NCBI GenBank assembly: GCA_964491875.1 | Contig: CAZBIC010000004.1 | Location: forward strand, 52,669-116,668 | Direction: 5' to 3' | DNA from: an uncultured Bifidobacterium sp. | Lineage (GTDB): Bacteria; Verrucomicrobiota; Verrucomicrobiia; Limisphaerales; JADJPG01 | DNA length: 64,000 nt | Position numbers and translations under genes: made by a program | Part shown: piece after piece, positions 1 through 9,578 of the stretch | Numbering within the stretch: the first letter of the stretch is position 1 | Layout: each line of letters opens with the position of its first letter | Notes under the pieces: generated by a model | The model's input: the letters and a program-made list of their open reading frames with translations, nothing else | What the model was told of the DNA's origin: nothing | The model's database searches: none

Positions 1-2807
1 TACAAACCGTCGAGCGCCGCGCCGTCGCCATGCTGGCCGTCGTCGAACATCGCGACGTTGACTTCGTTGCTGAACATCACGCGGTAGACGAGGCGAACGC
101 TGTCGATTGGGAAGAAGGTGGGCGCGACGCGGGCGGTGACGATGATTTCGTCGGTGTCGCCGGGCAACGAGGGCAGATGCGCCACGTCAGAGAGCAGCGG
201 ACCGACGGCGCTGCCACCGGCGCCGTTTTCTTCGCCGGGCGACGGCGGAGAGAAGTAGCGTCGCGCGTTGGGATCCAAGGCGACGCTGCTGGCGGTGAGT
301 TCAGGACGGATGAGGAAATCGCCGTCGCTAGCGCTGGCGTTGAGGCCGTGAATGGCGAGGACATTGGCGCCGGGCTGGAGCAGTCCGCGGAATGTGGTGA
401 GATTGAACTCGTCGAAGTTCATCACGTCACCATCGGAACGCGATTGGGCGGCGGCGGAATTCCATTGTGGGGTGGCAGGGGCGTTCGCGCTGGCGACCGG
501 CTGACCGTTCAGATACGCCACAAATCCGTCATCGTGCTGGAGGCGGAGATTGAGAAACTGGATGGCGGCGGGATTCGTGACGGTGAATGGAAGGCGAAGA
601 TACGCGGAGGCGTTTTGATCCTTCATCGCAGATTGAAGGCTCGACGTCAGGTAGGGCGAGAGGGTTGGCCGGCCGCGGATGGTGGCGGTAACGAACGAGC
701 GATCACCGCCGTCGCCATATGCGCCGCCGAAGCCAGCGGGTTCGAGCACGATGTCGATTGGGTCGCCGGCTTGCACGCCGTTGATGGTCACGGAGCGGAA
801 GGTCGGGCTGGAATTCGTGCCGGGCAGGGTGATGGCGTCGCGCTGGTTGCCGTTGTGGAAGACGCGCGCGGAGACGCCCGCGCCGTTTGCGTCGAGCTTC
901 AGCACGCTCCAGTCAACAGTGATGCTTCCGCTGACTTCGCTGATCCAGCGGCGAACGACCCAGTGCTGTGGGCCGGCGTTGATGCCGTTCGGGTTCATCA
1001 CGCGCTGGCCGATCTCGGTCGACGGCGGATCGCCGTTCCACCAATCCCACGAGGCGCCGTCCCAGAAATTGTTTGTGCTATGCGGGCCGTTGTTGCGGGG
1101 GAACGCTACGAAGTTGGTCGCGCGATAGATCGGAGCGGCGGCGTTGGTGCCGCCATCGAAGTAGCCGTAGAACCAGTTGTTCTCGCCCTGAACTCCGGAG
1201 AAGGACCAGTCGGCAACGGAGTCCGCCACGACGGTGAGGGAGGGATCGGATGTTTCGAGATTCGCGGTAAAGACCGTGGAGTCGCACTCGCTGTCCGAGC
1301 CGCTGCCGGGATCGAGCACGAAATCCACTCGTGAGCCGAGCCGTGTGGGAACCGTCACGGAATACGTGTCGCTGCTGACGAGGGCGGCGCGTTGGAAGAC
1401 TTCGTTTCCGTCGACGAAGATGCGCGCGACGGTGCCGTCGCCGCAGGGCGCGGGCGTAGTGTCGATCCAGCCGCCGGAGAAGCGAACGGTGAGGGGCGAA
1501 CTGTTCGTGGTGGCGAGGTACCAGTAGCTGATGGAGTAAATTTGTCCGGCGGCAAGGCCGGGAATGTTTTGCCAGATCGAGGAGCTCTGGGTGGTGCCGC
1601 CGGCGGTGGAAATGATGCGCAGGCTGCGATTGCCGTTGCGTTTGACGGTGGTGGAGAGTGTGGAGTTGGTCAGGTTGGGCGAGACGTTCCACGGTGGGGA
1701 AAGTGTGGGGCTCTCGAAGTCGCCGTTGGGAATCAGGTTGGCGCCGCCGTCGGGGTTGAGCCCGGCGACGAGTTTCAGGTCGTCGATGTAACCTTCGCCG
1801 AGGCCGGCCAGATAAACGTAAATCAAGCTGCTGCTCGCGACGCCGACGGCGGTGACGCGCACCCAGTCGCTCGTATGGGAAATCGTCCCGGAAATGCGGA
1901 GCGGTCCATCGAACTCGGAAACGTAGCGGCGGATGGCCCAGTGTTCCGGGCGCCCGAACGACAAATTCACGCCGGTGGGCCGGCCGCCCTGGGCGTTCAG
2001 TTCCGTCTCGGCGTCCGGCGTGAGCCATTTCCAACGCGAGCCGTTCCAGAGATTCGCGGCGAACGGAATGAAGTTCGCATCCTGATAAATGCCGTCGTCG
2101 TCCGCGATGCGGGACCAGTAGCCGTAGGACCAGTTCGCTTGACCCTGCACGCCGGAGAAGTCCGTGACGGAATTCGCGATGCTCGTCGGGACGAACGGTG
2201 TTTCGCCATCGGTTTCGAAACCGACGCCAGTCGCGGCCGTTGTCCAAGAGGAATCGTCGAAGCCCAGAGCCGTCCACGAATCGCCGAGCGCACCGTTCTG
2301 CGGGACTAGGACACGGGCGCTGGCGCCTAGGGGAACCAACGTGGTGGTGGTTTCCTGCAAGGTGATGCCGTAGGAGACGCCGCTGATTTGCACCGGATAG
2401 GAGGGCGCAAATTCGGAGACGATGTTGGTGCCGTCCGGTTTGACGAGCGCGAGGTATTCGCCGTCGGCGCTGAGTCGGAAATCTGTGTGCAAGGTCGCTC
2501 CGGGGACGCGGCGATCTTTCCCGGACGCGAAGACGATCAGATAACCATTGGGCGGAAGATTGGTGGCCGGAAACCGCCAGGCGTTGGCCAGAGTGGAGCG
2601 ATCGGAGAGACGCCAGTCCAGGAGGTTGACGGTGCTGGCGCTGGCGTTATGGATTTCAATCCAGTCGGAGAAATCCCCGTCTTCGTCGGTGACGGGTCCA
2701 TCATTGGCGGCCATGAACTCGGTGATGTAGACCGCTTCTTGGGCAACTGAGGAGGAGACGGTAACCAGCATGGTTACGACGACGCCGAACAAAACAAGCA
2801 GGTGCAT
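1..2807 (-). CDS. Large secreted lamin-tail-domain (LTD)-like protein, N-terminal >935 aa; C-terminus lies beyond the window start
   Basis: Absent from the ORF track because it has no stop inside the window. Hand translation from ATG at 2807 gives MHLLVLFGVVVTMLVTVSSSVAQEAVYITEFMAANDGPVTDEDGDFSDWIEIHNASASTVNLLDWRLSDRSTLANAWRFPATNLPPNGYLIVFASG, a signal peptide followed by an LTD-type motif. The same frame is still open at nt 3 (..VRLVYRVMFSNEVNVAMFDDGQHGDGAALDGL). No other minus-strand ORF is reported in this frame, and + ORFs 30..1334 and 1392..2309 look like antisense shadows. Confidence 0.7.
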   Translation of the reverse strand, partial: MHLLVLFGVVVTMLVTVSSSVAQEAVYITEFMAANDGPVTDEDGDFSDWIEIHNASASTVNLLDWRLSDRSTLANAWRFPATNLPPNGYLIVFASGKDRRVPGATLHTDFRLSADGEYLALVKPDGTNIVSEFAPSYPVQISGVSYGITLQETTTTLVPLGASARVLVPQNGALGDSWTALGFDDSSWTTAATGVGFETDGETPFVPTSIANSVTDFSGVQGQANWSYGYWSRIADDDGIYQDANFIPFAANLWNGSRWKWLTPDAETELNAQGGRPTGVNLSFGRPEHWAIRRYVSEFDGPLRISGTISHTSDWVRVTAVGVASSSLIYVYLAGLGEGYIDDLKLVAGLNPDGGANLIPNGDFESPTLSPPWNVSPNLTNSTLSTTVKRNGNRSLRIISTAGGTTQSSSIWQNIPGLAAGQIYSISYWYLATTNSSPLTVRFSGGWIDTTPAPCGDGTVARIFVDGNEVFQRAALVSSDTYSVTVPTRLGSRVDFVLDPGSGSDSECDSTVFTANLETSDPSLTVVADSVADWSFSGVQGENNWFYGYFDGGTNAAAPIYRATNFVAFPRNNGPHSTNNFWDGASWDWWNGDPPSTEIGQRVMNPNGINAGPQHWVVRRWISEVSGSITVDWSVLKLDANGAGVSARVFHNGNQRDAITLPGTNSSPTFRSVTINGVQAGDPIDIVLEPAGFGGAYGDGGDRSFVTATIRGRPTLSPYLTSSLQSAMKDQNASAYLRLPFTVTNPAAIQFLNLRLQHDDGFVAYLNGQPVASANAPATPQWNSAAAQSRSDGDVMNFDEFNLTTFRGLLQPGANVLAIHGLNASASDGDFLIRPELTASSVALDPNARRYFSPPSPGEENGAGGSAVGPLLSDVAHLPSLPGDTDEIIVTARVAPTFFPIDSVRLVYRVMFSNEVNVAMFDDGQHGDGAALDGL

Positions 2808-2915
2808 GAGAGGAAAGCGTTAGGGTTGTTGGCCGAGCGAGTGCGACGATGGCAGAACCCTTCGCGCAAGTCACCTGACAAAGCGCCGTAGCGTGAGAAT
2901 TATCGCCGCGCTGAG

Positions 2916-3656
2916 CTAAGGGTTCACCGTTTTGTCGGCGGCGGGCTTCTGGAAGACGATGATGTGTTGGCGGGGAAGGATGGCGATCGTTTCGACCCAG
3001 CGCAGGGGCAGGGCGGACATTTCCTTCTTCACCTGCGCCTCGGTCATCTTGTGCAGCGGCTTGATGGGCACGGCCGGATCTTCGCCACGGAACTCAACGA
3101 AGACAACGCGACCGCCGGGTTTCAACGCGCGCGTGATGGCGTCCATCATCTCGAACGGAAATTCGAACTCGTGATAGACATCCACCATCAACGCGAGGTC
3201 GACGGAATTCGACCGGAGCTTGGGATCGCTGACGGTGCCGAGGACTGGTTTCACGCTGGTGATCCCGGCCTGATGCATCTGGTTGGTCAACAGGTCGAGC
3301 ATTTCCGGTTGGATCTCCACGGCGAGGACGGAGCCGGTCGGGCCGGTTTTCTTCGCGAGCCGACGCGTGAAGTAGCCGGTGCCGGCGCCTATGTCGGCGA
3401 TGACGTCGCCGGGCTTCACCTTGAGTTCGCCCACGAGTTTCTCGGTATGCTCCTCCTCGTCGCGCTCTGGACGTTCCAACCAGTCGGCGACCTGGTGGCC
3501 CATCACGTGGGAAATTTCCCGGCCCATGTAAAACTTGCCGATGCCGTCGCGGCTGTGTTCCTTGCGGAACTCGTAGCGATTGGTGGCGGTGGATTCGGCG
3601 GCGATGACGGACACCACCCAGTGCAGGCCGAGAAACGCTGCGAAGAGAGCACGCAT
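2916..3656 (-). CDS. Class I SAM-dependent methyltransferase with N-terminal signal-like segment
   Basis: ORF 246 aa. SAM-binding motif I VIADIGAGTGYFTRRLA and post-I/II motifs (VLAVEI, GGRVVFVEF). Hydrophobic N-terminus FAAFLGLHWVVSVIAA. Confidence 0.85.
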   Translation of the reverse strand: MRALFAAFLGLHWVVSVIAAESTATNRYEFRKEHSRDGIGKFYMGREISHVMGHQVADWLERPERDEEEHTEKLVGELKVKPGDVIADIGAGTGYFTRRLAKKTGPTGSVLAVEIQPEMLDLLTNQMHQAGITSVKPVLGTVSDPKLRSNSVDLALMVDVYHEFEFPFEMMDAITRALKPGGRVVFVEFRGEDPAVPIKPLHKMTEAQVKKEMSALPLRWVETIAILPRQHIIVFQKPAADKTVNP

Positions 3657-3711
3657 GACGGATGGTTGGCGCGGTCACGGAGTGGATTCAAGCCTGCGCT
3701 GCGTTCGGCGA

Positions 3712-5013
3712 ATGGAAGCATGGTTGCCTCGGCGTTGGATTTGCTCTACAGAGCGGGTGGTGAAATCGACGAAGTTCATTCTGCTGCTGGCGCTCCTGAA
3801 TCTGGGAGTGGCGGCGGGCGTTTTGTACTACGTCTTTCGAACGCCAACGCCCACCGCAGTGACGCCAGAGTCGGCAGAATTGGTTCCGAGCGCTCCCGCG
3901 GAACTGGAAGCGGCCCCGGTTCCCGTGACCGTGGAGAAGGTCGTGTTGGTGACGAACCAGTTCCGCTGGGTGCAACTCGAGTCGGAGGATTACAAGACCT
4001 ACATCGCGCGACTGCGATCGATCGGCTGTCCGGAGCAGACGATTCGCGACATCATCATCGCGGATCTCGACAAGTTGCTCGCACCCGAGGTGGCGTCCGC
4101 GCAGGGGCGCCGGAAGGATTTGAAGTATTGGCATTCAGAAGAGGAGGAGATGCTGAACGACGTCGATCCGCGTGAAGCGTTCCGCAAGCAGCGCGACATC
4201 GACAAGCGCAAGCGCGACATCATCCGCGAGTTGGTGAACGCCGATCTGTTTCGCGAGCGGATGAAGACGAGCGGACAGGAGGATTACTACGAGCGTCGGC
4301 TGGGGTTTCTGGCGGAGGAACGTCGGACGCAAGTGCGCGAGGTTTTGGAAAAGTTCGACGAAGCTGAACGAAAGATTCAGGACAAGGACAGTCTGGAGCC
4401 CGTGCCGCTTTCCGTGATGGACCGGACAAAGCTGCGTCTGCTTCGCCAGCAGCGCGAAGACGAAATCAAAGCGCTGATGTCACCGCAGGAGAAGCAGCAG
4501 TATGATCTCTGGCTTTCGCCGACGGCGAATGAAGTTCGCCACGCAATCTATGGAATGCAGGCGACCGAGCAGGAGTTCCAGACCATTTATCAGGCGCGCA
4601 AGGCGTATGAGGAAACCTGGGGACAGCGCGACCCGGACTTGCTTGATGCGGCGACGCGTCAGCGAATGGAGGAGGCGCACGGGGATATGGAGGGGCAGAT
4701 TGAACAAAGCCTCGGCCCGGAACGTTACGCGGAATACAAGCGCGGTCAGGATCACGATTTTCATCTGCTCAGCTCATTGGCGACGCAATACCAGCTGCCG
4801 AAGGACAGGGTGGCGGAGGTTTACAGTTACAAGGTAGAGGCGAACAACTATCGCCAGCAGGTGAAGGCCAGCTCCGAGATGACGCCGGAACAAAAGCTGG
4901 CGGCGATGAAGGAGATTGCCGCTGAGAGCCGCAAGACGGTCGCTGCCGCGCTTGGGCCGAAGGCTTTCAATCATTATCTGAGGACGGGTCAGGCGACATG
5001 GCTGGATGAGTAG
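3712..5013 (+). CDS. Membrane-anchored, charged helix-rich hypothetical protein
   Basis: ORF 3580..5013 trimmed to ATG 3712, since the upstream part overlaps the divergent methyltransferase start. One TM helix (KFILLLALLNLGVAAGVLYYVF) followed by a long E/R/K/Q-rich region. No family recognised. Start uncertain (GTG 3757 is also possible). Confidence 0.6.
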   Translation: MEAWLPRRWICSTERVVKSTKFILLLALLNLGVAAGVLYYVFRTPTPTAVTPESAELVPSAPAELEAAPVPVTVEKVVLVTNQFRWVQLESEDYKTYIARLRSIGCPEQTIRDIIIADLDKLLAPEVASAQGRRKDLKYWHSEEEEMLNDVDPREAFRKQRDIDKRKRDIIRELVNADLFRERMKTSGQEDYYERRLGFLAEERRTQVREVLEKFDEAERKIQDKDSLEPVPLSVMDRTKLRLLRQQREDEIKALMSPQEKQQYDLWLSPTANEVRHAIYGMQATEQEFQTIYQARKAYEETWGQRDPDLLDAATRQRMEEAHGDMEGQIEQSLGPERYAEYKRGQDHDFHLLSSLATQYQLPKDRVAEVYSYKVEANNYRQQVKASSEMTPEQKLAAMKEIAAESRKTVAAALGPKAFNHYLRTGQATWLDE

Positions 5014-5146
5014 CTATCTAAGGAGCTTTTCATCGCTTGGTTCTATTGGCTTGTCAGTGTTTGGTGCCGCTCGTATAAGCCCGACCGTGCAACGCAGTTC
5101 ATTGGCGCAATCTAGTTCGTTGAAACCGTTCTCCCGCTAAATCCCC

Positions 5147-5920
5147 ATGCTGGCCCGAAGAGTTATTCCCTGTCTGGACGTTCACGGTGGTCAGGTCACG
5201 CGCGGCGTGCAGTTCGGCAAGGCCGAGGCTGGCGAGCTGCGCAATGTGGGCGATCCGGTCGAACTCGCTTTGCGTTACAACGAGCAGGGCGCGGACGAGA
5301 TGGTGTTCTTCGACATCACGGCGACGGCGCACGGGCGGGGGACGATCGTGGATGTGATCGAGCGCACGGCGGACCAGTGCTTCATGCCGCTGACGGTCGG
5401 CGGCGGCATTCGCACCGTGGACGATATGCAAACGATGCTGCGTGCGGGAGCGGACAAGGTGAGCATCAATTCCTCCGCCATCGCGACGCCGGATTTGATT
5501 CGCACGGGCGCGGAGAAGTTCGGCAGCCAGTGCATCGTGGTCTCCATCGACGCAAAAAAAACGGGCACCGACAAATGGGAGGTTTTTGTGGCGGGCGGGC
5601 GGAAGGCAACCGGACTCGACGCCATCGAATGGGCGAAGAAGGCCGTGGCACTGGGAGCAGGGGAGATCGTGCTAAACAGCATTGATGCGGACGGAACAAA
5701 GGCGGGCTTTGACCTCGTGGTGACGCGGCGCATCAGCGAATCGGTCGGCGTGCCGGTCGTGGCGAGTGGTGGCGCCGGGACGTTGCAGCATATGGCGGAT
5801 GTGCTGAATGAAGGCAAGGCGGACGCGGTGCTGGCCGCGAGCATTTTCCATTTCGGAACGTATACCGTGGGCGATGTGAAACGGTTCCTCGGTGAACGAG
5901 GAATTCCGGTCCGCCTCTAG
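5147..5920 (+). CDS. hisF: Imidazole glycerol phosphate synthase cyclase subunit HisF
   Basis: 257 aa. [24 protein letters not shown] and ASGGAG motifs, with full-length HisF-like organisation. Confidence 0.95.
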   Translation: MLARRVIPCLDVHGGQVTRGVQFGKAEAGELRNVGDPVELALRYNEQGADEMVFFDITATAHGRGTIVDVIERTADQCFMPLTVGGGIRTVDDMQTMLRAGADKVSINSSAIATPDLIRTGAEKFGSQCIVVSIDAKKTGTDKWEVFVAGGRKATGLDAIEWAKKAVALGAGEIVLNSIDADGTKAGFDLVVTRRISESVGVPVVASGGAGTLQHMADVLNEGKADAVLAASIFHFGTYTVGDVKRFLGERGIPVRL

Positions 5921-5952
5921 CACGGGTTTCAACGGTCCTTTGACCAGCTTCC

Positions 5953-6372
5953 ATGAACGATCTCATTCAAACCCGTTGGCTTCCCATCGCGCTGCTTGTC
6001 GGTTCGAACGTTTTCATGACGTTTGCGTGGTACGGACATCTCAAGCACAAGGATCAGCCGATCTGGCTGGTAATTCTCGTGAGCTGGGGCATCGCCTTCT
6101 TCGAGTACTGCCTGATGGTGCCGGCGAATCGTTGGGGTAGCGGACGCTATACGGCGACGGAGTTGAAGATTATCCAAGAGGTTGTGACGTTGACGGTCTT
6201 CAGCGGCTTTGCGGTGGCTTACCTCGGAGAGAAGATTCGATGGAATCACGTAGCGGCGTTCCTTTGCATCATCGCGGCGGTCGGGTTTACGTTTTTGCCG
6301 AAGTCGGATCGAACATCGAACGCGGTACAAGCGGAGCAGGGCGAGCGGGCGAAAACGTTGCCGAAACCGTGA
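5953..6372 (+). CDS. DMT-superfamily small membrane protein (DUF486 type)
   Basis: 139 aa and 4 TM. SNVFMTFAWYGHLKHK ... SWGIAFFEYCLMVPANRWG is characteristic of the DUF486/DMT family. Confidence 0.8.
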   Translation: MNDLIQTRWLPIALLVGSNVFMTFAWYGHLKHKDQPIWLVILVSWGIAFFEYCLMVPANRWGSGRYTATELKIIQEVVTLTVFSGFAVAYLGEKIRWNHVAAFLCIIAAVGFTFLPKSDRTSNAVQAEQGERAKTLPKP

Positions 6373-6434
6373 CGCCGTCGCGAGCGAGAATTCCAGACGT
6401 GACTTGAGGCAGGCGCCATTTCATTGTCCGGCCT

Positions 6435-7085
6435 GTGCGAAGTGTGTTTTTAGGTTTTCTGTTCGGGATGATTCTTGGAGCCTCCTCGGGCTGTAAACCG
6501 GAGCAGTCGACGTCGGCGAAAAGCAATGCAACCACTCCAACAAACGAAGGTGCAAAAACTGTGAGCGCAAATACCAACGAAGTGGCGGTGATCAAAACGA
6601 GTGCGGGAGAAATGGTCGTTGAATTCTGGGCCGATGTGGCGCCGAAGACGGTCGAAAATTTCAAGAAGCTGTCGAGGGATGGCTTTTACGACGGCACGGC
6701 GTTTCACCGAATCATCAAGGGATTCATGATTCAGGGCGGCGATCCGTTTACAAAGGACGCCAGCAAGGAAGCGTTCTGGGGCACGGGCGATCCAGGCTAC
6801 AAACTCAAGGCGGAGTTCAACGATCGTTCGCATCAGCGCGGCGTGCTCTCGATGGCGCGCTCGCAGCATCCGGATTCGGCCGGCAGCCAGTTTTTCATTT
6901 GCCTCGGTGACGCGAGTTTCCTCGACCGGCAATACACGGCCTTTGGCAAAGTGATCAAGGGTGACGATGTGCTCGGTAAGATCGGCGATACTCCGGTGAA
7001 GGCGAGCGGCGGCGAGGCGAGCAAGCCAACGGTGCGCGTTGCGGTTGAAGGAATCAAAATTGTTCCCGCGAACACCGTTCAGTAA
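6435..7085 (+). CDS. Cyclophilin-type peptidyl-prolyl cis-trans isomerase, predicted lipoprotein
   Basis: GTG start. Lipobox LGASSGC. Cyclophilin motifs FHRIIKGFMIQGGDP, GVLSMARS, GSQFFI. Confidence 0.9.
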   Translation: MRSVFLGFLFGMILGASSGCKPEQSTSAKSNATTPTNEGAKTVSANTNEVAVIKTSAGEMVVEFWADVAPKTVENFKKLSRDGFYDGTAFHRIIKGFMIQGGDPFTKDASKEAFWGTGDPGYKLKAEFNDRSHQRGVLSMARSQHPDSAGSQFFICLGDASFLDRQYTAFGKVIKGDDVLGKIGDTPVKASGGEASKPTVRVAVEGIKIVPANTVQ

Positions 7086-7119
7086 AGCCCACGGCAGCGA
7101 GGGAACACTCTGATTCGAC

Positions 7120-7314
7120 ATGACCATCGACCAGCTGACACAGATTTTGGGTCGGCTCGGATGTCCGGAAGGACGGGCGGCGGAAATGGCCGCTCATTTG
7201 GATAAGCGCGCCAGGCAACTCGCCGAGGCGCAAGGTCGCACTTACGAAGAGTCCCTCGCACATCTCTTGAACTTGATGAAGCAAGGCTGGGCCGCGAAGG
7301 AACGCGGTTTGTAG
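7120..7314 (+). CDS. Small hypothetical protein (64 aa)
   Basis: Fills an otherwise empty gap between the PPIase and Nudix genes on the same strand. Non-repetitive helical sequence. No family recognised. Confidence 0.4.
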   Translation: MTIDQLTQILGRLGCPEGRAAEMAAHLDKRARQLAEAQGRTYEESLAHLLNLMKQGWAAKERGL

Positions 7315-7338
7315 CCGGACCTTTTCGGAAACATCTCC

Positions 7339-7890
7339 ATGATCAAACCGTGGCCCCAGACAAACTCGACCGCTCTCGGTGATTACCGGATCTTCAAGGT
7401 TCGTTCCGATGAAAAGGTTTCGCCGCGCACGGGGAAGAAGCATGATTTCTATGTCATCGAGTGCGTGGATTGGGTGAACGTGATTGCGATTACGCCGGAT
7501 GAGAAGTTGGTGATGGTGGAGCAATACCGACACGGCTCGAACACGGTGGAGCTGGAGATTCCTGGCGGCATCATGGATTCCTCGGATGCGTCGCCCGTGG
7601 CGACCGGTGTGCGCGAGTTGCGGGAGGAGACGGGATTCGAGGGCGAAGGCGCGCGACTGCTTGCGAGTGTCTTTGCCAATCCGGCGATCATGAACAACTC
7701 CTGCCATACGGTGATGATTCCGAATTGTTCATTGAAGCATCCTGTCGAGTGGGACAGCGGCGAAGACATGGTGACGCGCTTGGTGCCGATCGCGGAAATT
7801 CCTGGTCTGGTCGCTTCCGGCAAGATCCGGCATCCGCTGGTGGTGGTGGCCTTGTATTACTTCGAATTGGACCAGCGCAAGCAGTGCTGA
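7339..7890 (+). CDS. NUDIX hydrolase (ADP-ribose pyrophosphatase-like)
   Basis: Nudix box GGIMDSSDASPVATGVRELREETGF (GX5EX7REUXEEXGU). Confidence 0.85.
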   Translation: MIKPWPQTNSTALGDYRIFKVRSDEKVSPRTGKKHDFYVIECVDWVNVIAITPDEKLVMVEQYRHGSNTVELEIPGGIMDSSDASPVATGVRELREETGFEGEGARLLASVFANPAIMNNSCHTVMIPNCSLKHPVEWDSGEDMVTRLVPIAEIPGLVASGKIRHPLVVVALYYFELDQRKQC

Positions 7891-8003
7891 GGCGGTTTTG
7901 GTAGTGCCGGGGAGGACGATTCTTCTTTCACGAGGGGGTGGATTCTGCGTTTATCTCACGCGCCGTTTCCCGATTCCCGGGGACGCTGTTTACAAAACTG
8001 ATT

Positions 8004-9215
8004 ATGAACACGATCTCGACTGTCTTACTGAAACCCGGCGAAGCCGACCGCGTCCTCGCCGGTCACCCCTGGATTTACCACGGTTCGCTTCTCCGACTGA
8101 CCCAACCTGCTGTGGACGGCGATCTCGTTCAGGTCAAGGATCACCGTCAGCGGTTGCTCGGAGTCGGGTTCTACAATTCCAAGTCGAAGATCAATGTCCG
8201 GATGATTGCGCCGGATCGTGTCGAGGTGGATCGCTCGTTCTTCATCGAGCGCATTCGTGCGGCGTTGGATCTGCGGCAACGGTACATGCCGGGAGCGAGT
8301 TCGTTTCGGGTGGTGAATTCGGAGAGCGATCAACTCAGCGGATTGATCGTCGACAAGTACGAGGATGTTCTCGTGGTGCAAACGTCGGCGCTCGGCATGG
8401 ATCGTCGCAAGGCGGACATCATTGTCGCACTGCGCGAGATCTTTTCTCCCCGCGCCATCGTGGAGCGCAACGAAGTGGCGTCGCGGAAATTTGAGGGACT
8501 GCCGGATGCGAGCGGCGTGGTTTTTGGGGACGCTCCGGGCAGCATTCAGGTGAAGCTGAACGGTTTGTCATTCGAGACGGATTTGATCGCGGGTCACAAG
8601 ACAGGACTTTATCTCGATCAGCAGACGAACTACCGGCTGGTGTCCGAGTTCGTTCCCAAGCTGAAGAATGCGCAAGTGCTGGATTGCTTCAGCTTCCTGG
8701 GAGGCTTCGGTCTTCACGCGGCCAAGGCGGGCGCGGCCAATGTTCATCTTCTTGATCAAAGCGCGGATGCCATTGAGGCCGGAAAGCGTAATGCAAAGGC
8801 GAATGGCGTGGAGGCGAAGTGTTCCTTTGAGAACGTGAACGTCTTTGACTGGCTGAAGGCTCAGACGACGGCGAAACCGAATGAGAAGGTACTGCCGCGG
8901 TTTGATTTGCTCGTGCTCGACCCACCGTCGTTCACCCGCAATCGCGCCGCCGTGCCCGATGCGTTGCGTGGCTACAAGGAAATCCACATTCGCGCCCTGA
9001 AGCTCTTGAAGCCGGGCGGGGTGCTGGCGACGTTCTGCTGCTCACATCACGTCACGACGGAGCTGTTCCAAGATGTCATTCTTGCGGCGGCCTACGATGC
9101 GCGAAAGCTATTGCGGCGCGTGGCGACGTACGGCCAGTCGCCGGATCATCCGGTGATTCCGGCGATTCCGGAGACGGAGTACTTGAAGGGCTTTGCTTTC
9201 GAGATCGTTCGCTAG
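8004..9215 (+). CDS. rlmI: 23S rRNA (cytosine-C5) methyltransferase RlmI-like, PUA + class I SAM MTase
   Basis: ORF 7938..9215 trimmed to ATG 8004 (MNTISTVLLKPGEADRVLAGHPWIY). SAM motif VLDCFSFLGGFGLHAA. DLLVLDPPSF catalytic-region motif. Confidence 0.8.
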   Translation: MNTISTVLLKPGEADRVLAGHPWIYHGSLLRLTQPAVDGDLVQVKDHRQRLLGVGFYNSKSKINVRMIAPDRVEVDRSFFIERIRAALDLRQRYMPGASSFRVVNSESDQLSGLIVDKYEDVLVVQTSALGMDRRKADIIVALREIFSPRAIVERNEVASRKFEGLPDASGVVFGDAPGSIQVKLNGLSFETDLIAGHKTGLYLDQQTNYRLVSEFVPKLKNAQVLDCFSFLGGFGLHAAKAGAANVHLLDQSADAIEAGKRNAKANGVEAKCSFENVNVFDWLKAQTTAKPNEKVLPRFDLLVLDPPSFTRNRAAVPDALRGYKEIHIRALKLLKPGGVLATFCCSHHVTTELFQDVILAAAYDARKLLRRVATYGQSPDHPVIPAIPETEYLKGFAFEIVR

Positions 9216-9526
9216 TCGGGACTGCGAGTCTCAAAGCTCGTTTCGCCTCAAAACAGGACAGTTGTCCCGCTGCGTGTCGCACTTTGACTCGGACAATTTG
9301 CCGGGCTTGGTTCGACAGCGGCGCGGAACGGCAAATCGATCCGGTGCCGGAGGCAAAGTTGGCCGGTCCACCGGGGTGCTTTCACGGCTGGATTTTTGAA
9401 TCCGCACTTTTGTGAAAGCGCCGGTCAGCGTGCTGTTAGCTGCGGTCGAGCGGCTTAAAGCCTGCGGTTGGCGTGCGTTCCCGGGATTCGCAGGGAGGCG
9501 ACGGGCGTTGTTAACAGACTTGAGAG

Positions 9527-9542
9527 TGTCCCGCGCGGGACA
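9527..9542. promoter_or_regulatory. 16-nt perfect palindrome TGTCCCGCGCGGGACA, possible regulator site
   Basis: Exact dyad symmetry read directly from the sequence. It lies 5 nt upstream of the sigma54-like element. A related half-site context (GGACAGTTGTCCCGC) occurs at 9256-9270. Confidence 0.3.
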
Positions 9543-9547
9543 GTCCT

Positions 9548-9563
9548 TGGCACCTCAGCTGCT
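9548..9563 (+). promoter_or_regulatory. Candidate sigma54 (-24/-12) promoter upstream of pilM
   Basis: TGGCACctcagCTGCT against consensus TGGCAC-N5-TTGCW, with correct GG-to-GC spacing (11 nt). The -12 GC sits 18 nt before the pilM ATG (9579), which would give a near-leaderless mRNA. Confidence 0.35.
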
Positions 9564-9578
9564 AAACCCATCCTTGTT

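Noticed and set aside
30-2309. Long + strand ORFs 30..1334 (434 aa) and 1392..2309 (305 aa), and the - strand ORF 1078..2277 (399 aa)
   Set aside because: Their translations are low-complexity D/G/A/V/R-rich strings typical of off-frame or antisense reading of high-GC coding DNA. A different minus frame encodes a coherent signal-peptide/LTD protein across the whole interval.
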